Shown one piece after another: positions 35,939 to 46,765 of a stretch of DNA of 64,000 bases (the stretch's first letter is position 1; every line of letters begins with the position of its first letter). Source of the stretch: Escherichia phage PNJ-9; sequence record PQ100635.1; one strand, 5' to 3'. A program made the position numbers and the translations under genes. Under the pieces are notes generated by a model, which did no database searches, had not been told where the DNA came from, and saw nothing but the letters and a program-made list of their open reading frames with translations.

Positions 35939-37613
35939 ATTAAATCGTGTTCGTTATAAAAATATAATGTCTGTTGGGCAAAATTTTATCGATATCCAAT
36001 TAGATAAAGTCCAAAAGACCTTAATCACAGGTAAAAATGGTGGTGGTAAATCTACGATGTTAGAAGCCATTACTTTCGGACTTTTCGGTAAACCATTTCG
36101 TGATGTTAAGAAAGGGCAAATCGTTAACAGCACGAACAAGAAAGAGCTCTTAGTTGAGCTTTGGATGGAATTCGATGGTAAAAAATACTTCATTAAACGT
36201 GGCCAAAAGCCCAATATTTTCGAAATCTCCGTTGACGGTGTTCGTCTTGATGAATCTGCCAGCAGTCGTGACTTCCAAGAAGAATTTGAACGCAGCATCG
36301 GAATGTCATACGCGTCTTTTAAACAAATCGTTGTGCTTGGGACGGCAGGGTATACCCCTTTCATGGCTCTTAGCACCCCTGCTCGTAGAAAACTTGTCGA
36401 AGACCTTTTAGAAGTCGGCACACTCGCTGAAATGGATAAAATCAATAAGTCTCAAGTTCGAGAACTTAATTCCCAGGGACAAGTTCTCGATGCCAAGAAA
36501 GATGGCGTTATCCAACAAATTAAGATTTATAACGAGAATATCGAACGTCAAAAGAAATTATCTGGTGATAATGTAGCGCGCCTACAGAATATGTATGACG
36601 ACCTAGCCAAAGAAGCTCGTTCATTAAAAGCAGAAATCGAAGAAGCTAATGAGCGACTACTTAATATCGTTCTTGATGAAGACCCTACTGAGGCATTCAA
36701 CAAGATAGGACAAGAAGCATTCTTGATTAAATCTAAAATTGACTCGTATAACAAAGTTATTAAGATGTATCATGACGGTGGTACATGTCCTACTTGTGCG
36801 TCGCAATTGCACCAGGGTGATCCTATTGTCTCTAAGATTACCGATAAGCTTCACGAATGTAATCACTCATTCGAGCAACTTACATGTCACAGAGATAATC
36901 TGAGTGTCCTAGTGGACGAATATAGAGCTAATGTTAAGACTAAACAGGACCTTGCATCTGATATTCGTACCAAGAAACAAGCAATGATTGCCACTATTGA
37001 TAAAGCTAAGAAAGTTAAAGCTGCAATAGAGCAAGCCTCAGCAGAATTTATCGACCATGCCGATGAGATAGCTTTGCTTCAAAAAGAACTTGATAAAATC
37101 ATTAAAACAAAATCTGATATCGTTCTTGAAAAATACCATCGTGGTATTATCACAGATATGTTAAAAGATTCTGGTATTAAAGGTGCTATCATTAAAAAAT
37201 ATGTGCCTCTGTTCAACAAGCAGATTAACTATTATCTTAAAATCATGGAAGCTGATTACGTGTTTTCTATTGACGAAGAATTCAATGAATCTATAAAATC
37301 ACGTGGTCGTGAAGATTTTAGTTATGCTTCATTTAGTCAAGGTGAAAAGGCACGTATCGATATCGCATTGTTGTTTACATGGCGAGATATTGCTGAAAAA
37401 GTCTCCGGTGTTAAAATCAACACTCTGATTCTTGATGAGGTTTTTGATGGTGCTGTCGATTCTGAGGCTGTTAAGGCTATAGATACCATTCTTGGAAGTT
37501 TACAAAATACTAATGTGTTCATTATCTCTCATCGAGACCATGACCCTCAGCGGTATGGACAACATCTTCAGATGAGCAAAGTTGGACGATTTACGGTAAT
37601 GACTGTTTCATAA
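35925..37613 (+). CDS. 46: recombination ATPase gp46 (Rad50/SbcC-like)
   Basis: Walker A GKNGGGKST, long coiled coil with CPTC zinc hook, Walker B LILDEVFD; N-terminus as T4 gp46. Confidence 0.93.
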   Translation: MKTFKLNRVRYKNIMSVGQNFIDIQLDKVQKTLITGKNGGGKSTMLEAITFGLFGKPFRDVKKGQIVNSTNKKELLVELWMEFDGKKYFIKRGQKPNIFEISVDGVRLDESASSRDFQEEFERSIGMSYASFKQIVVLGTAGYTPFMALSTPARRKLVEDLLEVGTLAEMDKINKSQVRELNSQGQVLDAKKDGVIQQIKIYNENIERQKKLSGDNVARLQNMYDDLAKEARSLKAEIEEANERLLNIVLDEDPTEAFNKIGQEAFLIKSKIDSYNKVIKMYHDGGTCPTCASQLHQGDPIVSKITDKLHECNHSFEQLTCHRDNLSVLVDEYRANVKTKQDLASDIRTKKQAMIATIDKAKKVKAAIEQASAEFIDHADEIALLQKELDKIIKTKSDIVLEKYHRGIITDMLKDSGIKGAIIKKYVPLFNKQINYYLKIMEADYVFSIDEEFNESIKSRGREDFSYASFSQGEKARIDIALLFTWRDIAEKVSGVKINTLILDEVFDGAVDSEAVKAIDTILGSLQNTNVFIISHRDHDPQRYGQHLQMSKVGRFTVMTVS

Positions 37614-37650
37614 ACGCTTTAACATGATGTGGTTATAATGACCACATCAA
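37613..37650 (+). promoter_or_regulatory. middle-promoter-like element (MotA box + -10) with inverted repeat
   Basis: AACGCTTTA, 12 bp, TATAAT; IR GATGTGGT/ACCACATC. Confidence 0.5.
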
Positions 37651-37667
37651 ATTAAATGGAGAACAAC

Positions 37668-37856
37668 ATGGAGTATTCAACCGGGCAACATCTTCTCGTT
37701 GTCCCTGAAATTAAAAAATATGTTTTGACCAATACGTTTTCAGGTGAAGAACATATTGTTACCGAACAAATGCTCAAATCTGCTTTTAAAGATGAGTATA
37801 ATAAAATAATGTCTAATCGCAATTCCGCATGGACAGTTACCGACTTCTACGAATAA
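37668..37856 (+). CDS. hypothetical protein (T4 45.2 position, 62 aa)
   Basis: ATG after GGAG; size and position fit T4 45.2. Confidence 0.55.
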   Translation: MEYSTGQHLLVVPEIKKYVLTNTFSGEEHIVTEQMLKSAFKDEYNKIMSNRNSAWTVTDFYE

Positions 37857-37868
37857 GAGAGAAATAAT

Positions 37869-38285
37869 ATGTTTACTACTGCTAAAGGTTTCACTGCTGC
37901 TGATCTGAAAGTTACTTCTATCCGTACTGACGCTAACCCACATAACCATAATCGTGTTCGTAAAGCATGGGTCCTGCATTGTGATGACGCAAGTGCTAAA
38001 AAACTCCAATCTTTGCCACAAGAAACTCGTTTTATGATTTATGGTTTTATTGATAATGATGTATCTGATATGTGGATTCATCTGATGCGTAAGCACTATA
38101 AAGATTCTATTGAAGCCGGCGGAAAAATCGTTCTTGATAAAGATGGTTCTGAACGTCTGGAAGATTTCTATTGTGTTGATGCCGACGAACAACTAATTGC
38201 AGCTGGCGAAATTGTTGCTTCTAAAATTCCAGAATATATTGAATCACTGCCTGAAGCTATTAAAAAGCAAATGGTTGCTGCATAA
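37869..38285 (+). CDS. hypothetical protein (position of T4 rpbA)
   Basis: GAGAGAAA upstream; function assigned by synteny only. Confidence 0.5.
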   Translation: MFTTAKGFTAADLKVTSIRTDANPHNHNRVRKAWVLHCDDASAKKLQSLPQETRFMIYGFIDNDVSDMWIHLMRKHYKDSIEAGGKIVLDKDGSERLEDFYCVDADEQLIAAGEIVASKIPEYIESLPEAIKKQMVAA

Positions 38286-38325
38286 TAAATTTGTTAAACT
38301 TTGAATTGTCTTGAAAGGAAATAAA

Positions 38326-39012
38326 ATGAAACTGTCTAAAGATACTATCGCTATTCTGAAAAACTTTGCCTCTATTAACTCTGGCATTCTGCTGAGTCAA
38401 GGTAAATTTATTATGACTCGTGCAGTTAATGGTACCACTTATGCGGAAGCAAATATCTCTGATGAAATTGATTTTGACGTAGCACTTTATGATTTGAATA
38501 GCTTCTTAAGCATTTTGAGTCTAGTGTCTGATGATGCTGAAATTTCAATGCACACCGATGGCAATATTAAAATTGCAGATACACGTTCCACGGTTTATTG
38601 GCCTGCCGCTGACAAGAGCACCATTGTTTTTCCTAATAAGCCAATTCAATTCCCAGTGGCTTCTGTGATTACTGAAATTAAAGCTGAAGACCTTCAACAA
38701 TTGCTTCGAGTTTCACGTGGTCTTCAGATTGATACAATTGCTATTACAAATAAAGATGGTAAAATTGTTATCAATGGCTATAATAAAGTTGAAGATTCCG
38801 GACTAACTCGTCCTAAGTATTCTTTGACTCTTACCGATTATGATGGTTCTAACAACTTTAACTTCGTAATCAATATGGCTAATATGAAAATTCAGCCGGG
38901 TAATTATAAAGTAATGTTGTGGGGAGCTGGTGATAAAGTTGCAGCCAAGTTTGAAAGCCCTCAAGTAAGTTATGTTATTGCGATGGAAGCCGATTCTACT
39001 CACGACTTCTAA
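38326..39012 (+). CDS. 45: sliding clamp gp45
   Basis: MKLSKDTIAILKNFASINSGILL... near-identical to T4 gp45. Confidence 0.95.
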   Translation: MKLSKDTIAILKNFASINSGILLSQGKFIMTRAVNGTTYAEANISDEIDFDVALYDLNSFLSILSLVSDDAEISMHTDGNIKIADTRSTVYWPAADKSTIVFPNKPIQFPVASVITEIKAEDLQQLLRVSRGLQIDTIAITNKDGKIVINGYNKVEDSGLTRPKYSLTLTDYDGSNNFNFVINMANMKIQPGNYKVMLWGAGDKVAAKFESPQVSYVIAMEADSTHDF

Positions 39013-39015
39013 GTC

Positions 39016-39042
39016 AAAGCTTTACGTTTATTGTGATACGAT
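39016..39042 (+). promoter_or_regulatory. middle-promoter-like element upstream of gene 44
   Basis: AAAGCTTTA MotA-box-like, 12 bp, TACGAT. Confidence 0.35.
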
Positions 39043-39087
39043 TATGGAGGAGAAATCCTCCAGTTTAATGATAATGAGGAAAATTAC

Positions 39088-40050
39088 ATGATTACTATCA
39101 ATCCCAAAGAACACATTCTAGAACAGAAATATCGTCCTTCTTCCATTGACGAATGTATTCTGCCTGCGTATGACCATGAAACATTCAAGTCTTTAGTATC
39201 TAAAGGAAAACTTCCTCATATTATTTTGCACTCTCCTTCTCCTGGTACAGGTAAAACAACTGTAGCAAAAGCATTATGTAATGATATCAACGCTGAAATG
39301 ATGTTCGTCAACGGTTCCGATTGTAAAATTGATTTTGTACGCGGTCCGTTAACCGCATTCGCTCGTTCAGTCTCAATGGAAGGCAAGCCTAAAGTTATTG
39401 TTATTGATGAATTTGACCGTAGTGGTCTCGCCGAATCACAACGTCACCTTCGTACGTTTATGGAAGAATTCTCTAGTAACTGTTCTATTATTATTACTGC
39501 TAACAACATCGATGGAATTATTGAACCATTACGTAGTCGTTGTCGAGTTATCGAATTCGGACGTCCAACCGAAGAAGATAAAATCTCGATGATGAAGAAA
39601 ATGATTCATCGTATGGTTGAAATCTGTAAGAACGAAAATATCGAAATCGCTGATATGAAAGTTGTTGCAGCTCTGGTTAAAAAGAACTTCCCGGACTTTC
39701 GTCGTACAATTGGTCAATTAGACCAGTACTCGTCTAAAGGTGTTCTTGATGCGGGTATTTTGTCTATCGTAACTAATGACCGTGGCACAGTCTCTGATGT
39801 TATTGAAGCAATGAAGAACAAAGATATCAAACAGCTTCGTGCATTAGCTCCAAAATATGCTGCTGATTATTCATGGTTCATCGATAAATTAGTTTCAGAA
39901 TGTTATGACCAAGTTGCACCTGGTAAAAGTATTATTTCGCTTTATGAAATTGCAGGCGAAAACAATAAGTTTCATGGATTAGCAAGTAATATTGAATTAC
40001 ATGTTATGTATATGCTTCTTCAACTGACCTGCGAACTGACTTGGAAATAA
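39088..40050 (+). CDS. 44: clamp loader large subunit gp44
   Basis: [18 protein letters not shown]...[10 protein letters not shown] Walker A; matches T4 gp44. Confidence 0.95.
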   Translation: MITINPKEHILEQKYRPSSIDECILPAYDHETFKSLVSKGKLPHIILHSPSPGTGKTTVAKALCNDINAEMMFVNGSDCKIDFVRGPLTAFARSVSMEGKPKVIVIDEFDRSGLAESQRHLRTFMEEFSSNCSIIITANNIDGIIEPLRSRCRVIEFGRPTEEDKISMMKKMIHRMVEICKNENIEIADMKVVAALVKKNFPDFRRTIGQLDQYSSKGVLDAGILSIVTNDRGTVSDVIEAMKNKDIKQLRALAPKYAADYSWFIDKLVSECYDQVAPGKSIISLYEIAGENNKFHGLASNIELHVMYMLLQLTCELTWK

Positions 40051-40051
40051 T

Positions 40052-40615
40052 ATGAACTTATTCGATGATGACGTCCGGCTTAACGAGCACCAAATTGCAT
40101 GGAAGTCTAATGACGCTGATGCGATTCAAAAATGTGCTGATATGTTTAAAGAAAAACCTGAGAATGAATTCTTTAAAATCATTAATGCTATTAATGAAAA
40201 GAAATCTATGTCAATTGCTCAGGTCGACTACTCAAAATTTATGGTTGAGAACTCATTATCCCAGTTCCCAGAATGTATGCCAGCTGTTTACATGATGAAC
40301 TTAGTCGGTTCTGAATTAAGTGATGAAGCGCACTTCAACTATATGATGGCGGCAATTCCGCGTGGTCGTCGATTCTCTAAATGGGCTAAACTAGTCGAAG
40401 ACACTTCAGAGTTACTAGTTATCAAACTGTTGATGAAACATTACACAATCAACATGAATGATGCTACTGAGTATAAGCGGCTCCTTGAAAAAAATAACAA
40501 GTTGCCAATAGTCCTTAAAGAACTGAAGGCCATGGTCACTGATGAGTTTCTCAAAGAAGTTACAAAAAATGTGAAAGAACAAAAACAATTTAAAAAATTA
40601 GCATTGGAATGGTAA
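40052..40615 (+). CDS. 62: clamp loader small subunit gp62
   Basis: Position and size (187 aa) as T4 gp62. Confidence 0.88.
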   Translation: MNLFDDDVRLNEHQIAWKSNDADAIQKCADMFKEKPENEFFKIINAINEKKSMSIAQVDYSKFMVENSLSQFPECMPAVYMMNLVGSELSDEAHFNYMMAAIPRGRRFSKWAKLVEDTSELLVIKLLMKHYTINMNDATEYKRLLEKNNKLPIVLKELKAMVTDEFLKEVTKNVKEQKQFKKLALEW

Positions 40616-40617
40616 AA

Positions 40618-40986
40618 ATGATTGAAATTAAATTGAAGAACCCTGAAGATTTTCTGAAAGTCAAAGAGACTTTGACCCGTATGGGCATCGCTAATAACAA
40701 GGATAAAGTCCTTTACCAGTCTTGTCATATCCTCCAAAAGCAGGGTAAATATTACATCGTCCACTTTAAAGAAATGTTGCGTATGGACGGACGTCAGGTT
40801 GATATTGATGGTGAAGACTATCAGCGACGTGATTCGATTGCTCAGTTGCTTGAAGACTGGGGATTGATTGTTATTGAAGACTCTGCTCGTGAAGATCTGT
40901 TTGGCCTGACTAATAACTTCCGTGTTATCTCTTTTAAACAGAAAGATGACTGGACTTTGAAAGCAAAATATACAATTGGTAATTAA
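40618..40986 (+). CDS. regA: translational repressor RegA
   Basis: MIEIKLKNPEDFLKVKETLTRMGIANNKDKVLYQSCHILQK matches T4 RegA. Confidence 0.93.
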   Translation: MIEIKLKNPEDFLKVKETLTRMGIANNKDKVLYQSCHILQKQGKYYIVHFKEMLRMDGRQVDIDGEDYQRRDSIAQLLEDWGLIVIEDSAREDLFGLTNNFRVISFKQKDDWTLKAKYTIGN

Positions 40987-40990
40987 AGCA

Positions 40991-41010
40991 ATGGGACTTC
41001 GGTCCCATTT
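40991..41010 (+). terminator. intrinsic terminator-like hairpin between regA and 43
   Basis: ATGGGAC-TTCG-GTCCCAT then TTT. Confidence 0.5.
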
Positions 41011-41067
41011 GGAGTATAATAAGTTCATCAACAAACAAAAGACAATAACTCGTCTAAAGGAAATTAA

Positions 41068-43779
41068 ATGAAAGAATTTTACTTAACGGTTGAACAGATT
41101 GGTGATTCAATTTTTGAACGTTACATCGATTCTAACGGCCGTGAACGTACTCGTGAAGTAGAATATAAACCATCACTGTTTGCTCATTGTCCAGAAAGTC
41201 AGGCCACGAAATATTTTGATATCTATGGTAAGCCGTGCACTCGTAAGTTGTTCGCTAATATGCGTGATGCCTCCCAATGGATTAAACGCATGGAAGATAT
41301 CGGACTTGAAGCACTTGGCATGGACGATTTCAAATTGGCGTATTTGTCTGACACTTATAACTATGAAATCAAATACGACCATACAAAAATTCGTGTGGCT
41401 AACTTCGACATCGAAGTAACATCTCCGGACGGGTTCCCTGAGCCGTCACAAGCAAAACATCCGATTGATGCTATCACCCATTATGACTCAATTGATGACA
41501 GGTTTTATGTATTTGACCTTTTGAATTCTCCATATGGTAATGTAGAAGAATGGTCTATTGAAATCGCTGCTAAGCTTCAAGAACAAGGCGGTGATGAAGT
41601 TCCATCCGAAATTATCGATAAAATCATTTATATGCCGTTCGATAACGAAAAAGAATTGTTGATGGAATATCTCAACTTCTGGCAGCAGAAAACTCCTGTC
41701 ATTTTGACTGGATGGAACGTTGAGTCATTTGATATTCCATATGTGTATAACCGAATCAAGAATATTTTTGGCGAATCTACTGCGAAACGTTTATCACCAC
41801 ATCGCAAGACTCGTGTTAAAGTTATCGAAAACATGTATGGTTCTCGTGAAATCATTACATTGTTCGGTATCTCTGTTCTTGATTACATTGACCTTTACAA
41901 AAAATTCTCTTTTACCAATCAACCATCGTATTCTCTGGATTATATTTCAGAATTTGAATTGAACGTTGGTAAACTGAAATATGACGGCCCTATTTCTAAG
42001 CTTCGTGAAAGCAATCATCAACGATATATTTCTTATAACATCATCGACGTATATCGGGTATTGCAAATTGATGCTAAACGTCAGTTCATCAACTTGAGTT
42101 TAGACATGGGTTATTATGCTAAGATACAGATTCAATCTGTGTTTAGCCCAATTAAAACATGGGATGCTATTATTTTTAATAGCCTTAAAGAGCAGAACAA
42201 GGTGATTCCACAAGGTCGTTCTCATCCGGTTCAACCTTATCCCGGCGCTTTTGTTAAGGAACCTATTCCAAATCGATACAAATATGTAATGAGTTTCGAC
42301 CTTACATCTCTGTATCCAAGTATTATTCGCCAAGTGAATATTAGCCCAGAAACAATAGCAGGAACGTTTAAAGTAGCTCCATTGCATGATTATATTAACG
42401 CTGTTGCTGAACGTCCTTCTGATGTGTACAGTTGTTCTCCTAACGGCATGATGTATTATAAAGACCGTGACGGTGTTGTTCCAACTGAAATCACTAAAGT
42501 CTTTAATCAACGTAAAGAACATAAAGGTTACATGCTTGCAGCTCAACGTAACGGTGAAATAATTAAAGAGGCATTGCATAATCCTAATCTTTCTGTTGAT
42601 GAACCATTAGATGTTGATTATCGTTTCGACTTCAGTGATGAGATTAAAGAAAAGATTAAAAAGTTGTCTGCTAAATCTCTTAATGAAATGTTGTTTAGAG
42701 CTCAACGTACTGAAGTTGCAGGTATGACTGCCCAAATTAACCGTAAATTGCTTATCAACTCACTTTATGGTGCGCTTGGCAACGTTTGGTTCCGTTATTA
42801 TGATTTGCGTAATGCTACTGCAATCACAACATTTGGTCAAATGGCTTTACAGTGGATTGAACGTAAAGTTAATGAATATCTGAATGAAGTTTGTGGTACA
42901 GAAGGTGAAGCTTTCGTTCTTTATGGTGATACAGACTCTATTTACGTATCTGCTGATAAAATTATCGATAAGGTTGGTGAATCTAAATTCCGTGATACCA
43001 ACCATTGGGTAGACTTCTTAGATAAGTTTGCACGTGAACGTATGGAACCAGCTATTGATAGGGGTTTCCGTGAAATGTGTGAATACATGAACAATAAACA
43101 ACACTTAATGTTCATGGACCGAGAAGCTATCGCTGGGCCTCCACTCGGTTCTAAAGGTATTGGTGGATTCTGGACTGGTAAGAAACGTTATGCATTAAAC
43201 GTGTGGGATATGGAAGGTACTCGTTACGCTGAGCCTAAACTCAAAATTATGGGTCTAGAGACTCAGAAATCTTCGACTCCTAAAGCAGTACAGAAAGCTC
43301 TTAAAGAATGTATTCGTCGTATGCTTCAAGAAGGTGAAGAATCATTACAAGAATATTTTAAAGAGTTTGAAAAAGAATTCCGTCAATTGAATTATATTAG
43401 CATCGCGTCGGTATCTTCTGCGAATAACATTGCTAAATATGATGTAGGTGGATTCCCTGGTCCCAAATGCCCGTTCCATATTCGTGGAATTCTGACGTAT
43501 AACCGGGCTATCAAAGGTAATATCGATGCACCGCAAGTTGTAGAAGGTGAAAAAGTATATGTTCTGCCTTTACGTGAAGGAAACCCATTCGGTGATAAAT
43601 GTATCGCATGGCCTTCTGGTACTGAAATCACAGATTTAATTAAAGACGACGTACTTCATTGGATGGACTACACTGTTCTCCTTGAGAAGACATTTATTAA
43701 ACCACTTGAAGGATTCACATCAGCAGCGAAACTCGATTACGAGAAGAAAGCATCTCTTTTCGATATGTTCGATTTTTGA
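41068..43779 (+). CDS. 43: DNA polymerase gp43 (family B)
   Basis: 903 aa; exo motifs FDIE, YNIIDV; pol motifs DxxSLYPS, YGDTDS. Confidence 0.96.
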   Translation: MKEFYLTVEQIGDSIFERYIDSNGRERTREVEYKPSLFAHCPESQATKYFDIYGKPCTRKLFANMRDASQWIKRMEDIGLEALGMDDFKLAYLSDTYNYEIKYDHTKIRVANFDIEVTSPDGFPEPSQAKHPIDAITHYDSIDDRFYVFDLLNSPYGNVEEWSIEIAAKLQEQGGDEVPSEIIDKIIYMPFDNEKELLMEYLNFWQQKTPVILTGWNVESFDIPYVYNRIKNIFGESTAKRLSPHRKTRVKVIENMYGSREIITLFGISVLDYIDLYKKFSFTNQPSYSLDYISEFELNVGKLKYDGPISKLRESNHQRYISYNIIDVYRVLQIDAKRQFINLSLDMGYYAKIQIQSVFSPIKTWDAIIFNSLKEQNKVIPQGRSHPVQPYPGAFVKEPIPNRYKYVMSFDLTSLYPSIIRQVNISPETIAGTFKVAPLHDYINAVAERPSDVYSCSPNGMMYYKDRDGVVPTEITKVFNQRKEHKGYMLAAQRNGEIIKEALHNPNLSVDEPLDVDYRFDFSDEIKEKIKKLSAKSLNEMLFRAQRTEVAGMTAQINRKLLINSLYGALGNVWFRYYDLRNATAITTFGQMALQWIERKVNEYLNEVCGTEGEAFVLYGDTDSIYVSADKIIDKVGESKFRDTNHWVDFLDKFARERMEPAIDRGFREMCEYMNNKQHLMFMDREAIAGPPLGSKGIGGFWTGKKRYALNVWDMEGTRYAEPKLKIMGLETQKSSTPKAVQKALKECIRRMLQEGEESLQEYFKEFEKEFRQLNYISIASVSSANNIAKYDVGGFPGPKCPFHIRGILTYNRAIKGNIDAPQVVEGEKVYVLPLREGNPFGDKCIAWPSGTEITDLIKDDVLHWMDYTVLLEKTFIKPLEGFTSAAKLDYEKKASLFDMFDF

Positions 43780-43819
43780 TATAATGTCATGGACGGTAAA
43801 CTAATTAAACGAGAGAAAT

Positions 43820-44455
43820 ATGAAAACTACTCCTATTACTATCGCTATTGACGCAATCATAAAACAATCTTCTTCTTTGGCCGCTATGGCCAAAGTAATT
43901 AGTCAAAACCCTGCTCGTTATAATGCTATTCTAGAAACTCTTCGACGCCCGGGACTTAGTAATTATGAAAGCCGAGTAATTATTACAGGTGTTGGTAAGA
44001 ATGCTAATATTGCAACTAAAGCTTCTGAGACATTTGCTTCACTCGGTATCCCGAGTATGTACTTGAACACTGGGCATTATTCTCACGGTGATGCAGGATT
44101 CATTGCGCCTAATGATGTGTTGATTCATATTAGTCGTTCTGGTAAAACTGAAGAAATGATAGGCGTGGCTAAGCATCTTAAAATGATTCGTCCGAACGTC
44201 AAACAGATTCTGTTGCATTGTAACCCAGACATTCCACAAGAATACGAAGCTCTTTTTGATTATACGTTCTGTACAGGCATCGCAGTAGAGGTTGATGAGA
44301 ATTCTCTGGCTCCGACCATGTCCACTACATTGTTGTTAGCGCTTATCGATACGTTTGCTATCAACCTTTCGTCTGAACGTGGATTTACCTCTAATGACTT
44401 CCTTAAGTTCCACCCTGGCGGTGCACTAGGTGCCATGTTACGAGGCGAACAATGA
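43820..44455 (+). CDS. SIS-domain sugar-phosphate isomerase (KdsD/GmhA-like; arabinose-5-phosphate isomerase candidate)
   Basis: GVGKNANIATKASETFASLGIPS...HGDAGFI...DVLIHISRSGKTEE follows KdsD-type SIS pattern; single SIS domain, 211 aa. Confidence 0.7.
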   Translation: MKTTPITIAIDAIIKQSSSLAAMAKVISQNPARYNAILETLRRPGLSNYESRVIITGVGKNANIATKASETFASLGIPSMYLNTGHYSHGDAGFIAPNDVLIHISRSGKTEEMIGVAKHLKMIRPNVKQILLHCNPDIPQEYEALFDYTFCTGIAVEVDENSLAPTMSTTLLLALIDTFAINLSSERGFTSNDFLKFHPGGALGAMLRGEQ

Positions 44456-44595
44456 AAGCAATAACAATAGGACTTTTACTATTGATGCTTGTCATGACTA
44501 TCTACTGGAGCTTAACGGCTCCAGTAATGATTCCGACTCTTATAATCGGATGGATTATGATTGGACTACAAGCAAAGTATGAATGCTTTAACTAG
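44452..44595 (+). CDS. small membrane peptide (47 aa), not on ORF track
   Basis: ATGA overlap with SIS gene stop; hydrophobic. Confidence 0.4.
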   Translation: MKAITIGLLLLMLVMTIYWSLTAPVMIPTLIIGWIMIGLQAKYECFN

Positions 44596-44636
44596 AATAG
44601 TGTACAATACTCCTACTTACCAATGAGGACCACAAC

Positions 44637-46325
44637 ATGAAAAAAGCTGTTATTCTTGGTGCTGGACTGGCAACTCGTTTGTATCCAATAACGCATCATA
44701 TTCCTAAGGTGCTTGTTAACTATAAACAAGACACTATTCTGAGCAATTTGTATACAATTTATTCTGACCTTGGCGCAGATGAAATTATTGTAGTAGTTCA
44801 TTCAAAATTTGCTGAAACTGTTCGAGCTTATTGTGAGCAAGAAGGGTTCAATGTGACTATTCGTACAGTTGATGAAGCGTATGGTTCTGCTTATGCTCTT
44901 GCTAAATTGCACAAAGATTTAGACGGCCATAATGTAATTGTTAACTGGTGTGATATTATTCCTGATTTTGGTTCGTGGTCTTGGAATGTTAACGCAATCT
45001 ATGTTAAGGGTGACGAATGTCGATATAATTTCGACGGTGAAAATATCACTAATGTAGGTTCAACAGGTGGTAATGTTGTAGGAATTTATCAGTTCAAAGA
45101 CTGGGAATTCTATATGGGTTCTACTGATGAGGAAATTCATGAATACTGCAAAGGACGTGATTTCGTAGAATTCCTTTACGGCAGCGCATTCAATAAATCA
45201 GAGCTTATGAATATCATCGACCTTGGTGATATGCCTAAACTTGAAAAAGCTCATGAAGTTCGTGAACTTAATCGTAGTTTTAATGCAGTTGAAATTGGCG
45301 AAGAAACGGTAACAAAGATTGCTTTAACAGAACAGGGCGTTGCACTTCAAAAAGATGAAGTCAATTGGTATAAGAAAGTTAAATCAGATTCAGTTCCACG
45401 GATTGTAAGTTATCATCCTGGCGGCCACTTTATTATGGAACGTATTAAAGGTAAGCCAGCATTTGAATATATTAAATCCAAATCAAGTCTTGCTCGTCCA
45501 CAAATTGTTGATGCAATTTTAGATGCACTGAAATTCAGCACAGACACTTATTTTGTAAGTCCTGAAACTGTTCGTCGTGATTTCACTAAAGAATTCTATA
45601 CTAAAGTTATTGATCGTTGTGAAAGTATTCAACCATTGATTGATTCATTTGGTAAAATCACACATGTGAACTACACTAAGATTGGGCGTCTGAAGCCAAT
45701 GTTGAAACAAGCTTTAGAACACCTTATTCGTTATCATAACCGTTCTCAGGGACAGTACTCTGTTATTCATGGTGACCCGAACTTCAGTAATACTATGATT
45801 ACTGATAATGGTGAAGTCAAGTTTATCGACCCTCGTGGATATTTTGGTGAAACCAAGATTTATGGGCCAAAATTGTATGATGAAGCTAAAGTGCTTTACG
45901 CTGTTTCAGGTTATGATGAATTCAACGCTAATCCGACTTGGGGACAGTTTACTATTGATGAAACAACTTGTAATGTGACTATTAACATCAATCCGTTAGT
46001 TTACAAATATGGAAAGATGAGTTCGTTTAATGAGTATCATCATTTGGCTGTAGCAATTATCTGGATTGCATTAGGTGGTTATTTCAAGAATAATCCACTT
46101 AAAGCGGTAGCCGCATATTATAAAGGTATGGAACTTCTGACTAAGCAATTACGTAATATGGGCCGTGTACTTCAAGACGGCTCTATTAGTTATGATGTAG
46201 CAGAACCTGTAACGGCTACTCTGATTACAAAAAATCCTGGTAAATGGGTACTAACTGATAAAGAAACTGGTGTTTCTTATCGTCCAATCGGTGGCGATAT
46301 CACTCATCAATGGGAACGAATCTAA
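44637..46325 (+). CDS. bifunctional sugar-1-phosphate nucleotidyltransferase / APH-type kinase
   Basis: N-terminal NTase motif ILGAGLATRLYP; C-terminal kinase motifs IHGDPNFSN and FIDPRG (Brenner motif). Confidence 0.7.
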   Translation: MKKAVILGAGLATRLYPITHHIPKVLVNYKQDTILSNLYTIYSDLGADEIIVVVHSKFAETVRAYCEQEGFNVTIRTVDEAYGSAYALAKLHKDLDGHNVIVNWCDIIPDFGSWSWNVNAIYVKGDECRYNFDGENITNVGSTGGNVVGIYQFKDWEFYMGSTDEEIHEYCKGRDFVEFLYGSAFNKSELMNIIDLGDMPKLEKAHEVRELNRSFNAVEIGEETVTKIALTEQGVALQKDEVNWYKKVKSDSVPRIVSYHPGGHFIMERIKGKPAFEYIKSKSSLARPQIVDAILDALKFSTDTYFVSPETVRRDFTKEFYTKVIDRCESIQPLIDSFGKITHVNYTKIGRLKPMLKQALEHLIRYHNRSQGQYSVIHGDPNFSNTMITDNGEVKFIDPRGYFGETKIYGPKLYDEAKVLYAVSGYDEFNANPTWGQFTIDETTCNVTININPLVYKYGKMSSFNEYHHLAVAIIWIALGGYFKNNPLKAVAAYYKGMELLTKQLRNMGRVLQDGSISYDVAEPVTATLITKNPGKWVLTDKETGVSYRPIGGDITHQWERI

Positions 46326-46711
46326 TGCACCGTGTAAAAAACATGCTTAATCTTTGTTTTGATGTCGATGATTGCATCACGGAATGGAATAACAATCGTG
46401 ATTACGTGAACTTCAAACCAGACGTCGAAATGGTGTCTGCCATTAATGCCCTATATGATGCAGGGCATACAATAACGCTTTACACTGCTCGCGGTATGAA
46501 GTCAGTCGGTCCTGGTCGTATAGCAATTGACATTCTCCCAAGTCTGATTCAGAACTTGGCAAACATTGGATTGAAGTACCATAATTTGCTAACACATAAA
46601 CCAGTATATGATTGGATTATCGACGACAAAGCTATGCGTCCTGACGAATTCAAAGCTCTTATGAATAAAGGCGAATTCGAAACATTTAAATCATATAAAC
46701 CGAATCTATAA
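46325..46711 (+). CDS. HAD-superfamily phosphatase
   Basis: HAD motif I FDVDDCIT near N-terminus, motif IV WIIDDK; TAATG overlap. Confidence 0.65.
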   Translation: MHRVKNMLNLCFDVDDCITEWNNNRDYVNFKPDVEMVSAINALYDAGHTITLYTARGMKSVGPGRIAIDILPSLIQNLANIGLKYHNLLTHKPVYDWIIDDKAMRPDEFKALMNKGEFETFKSYKPNL

Positions 46712-46765
46712 TAATTTAAGTAAGACCTGCAAAAACCATCGCAACAATTAACGCGAGATGCAAAA

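Noticed and set aside
43820-44455. Assigning the SIS protein specifically as GmhA (heptose) rather than a pentose isomerase
   Set aside because: The motif pattern fits KdsD-type arabinose-5-phosphate isomerases better than GmhA, but this cannot be decided without alignment; the call is left generic
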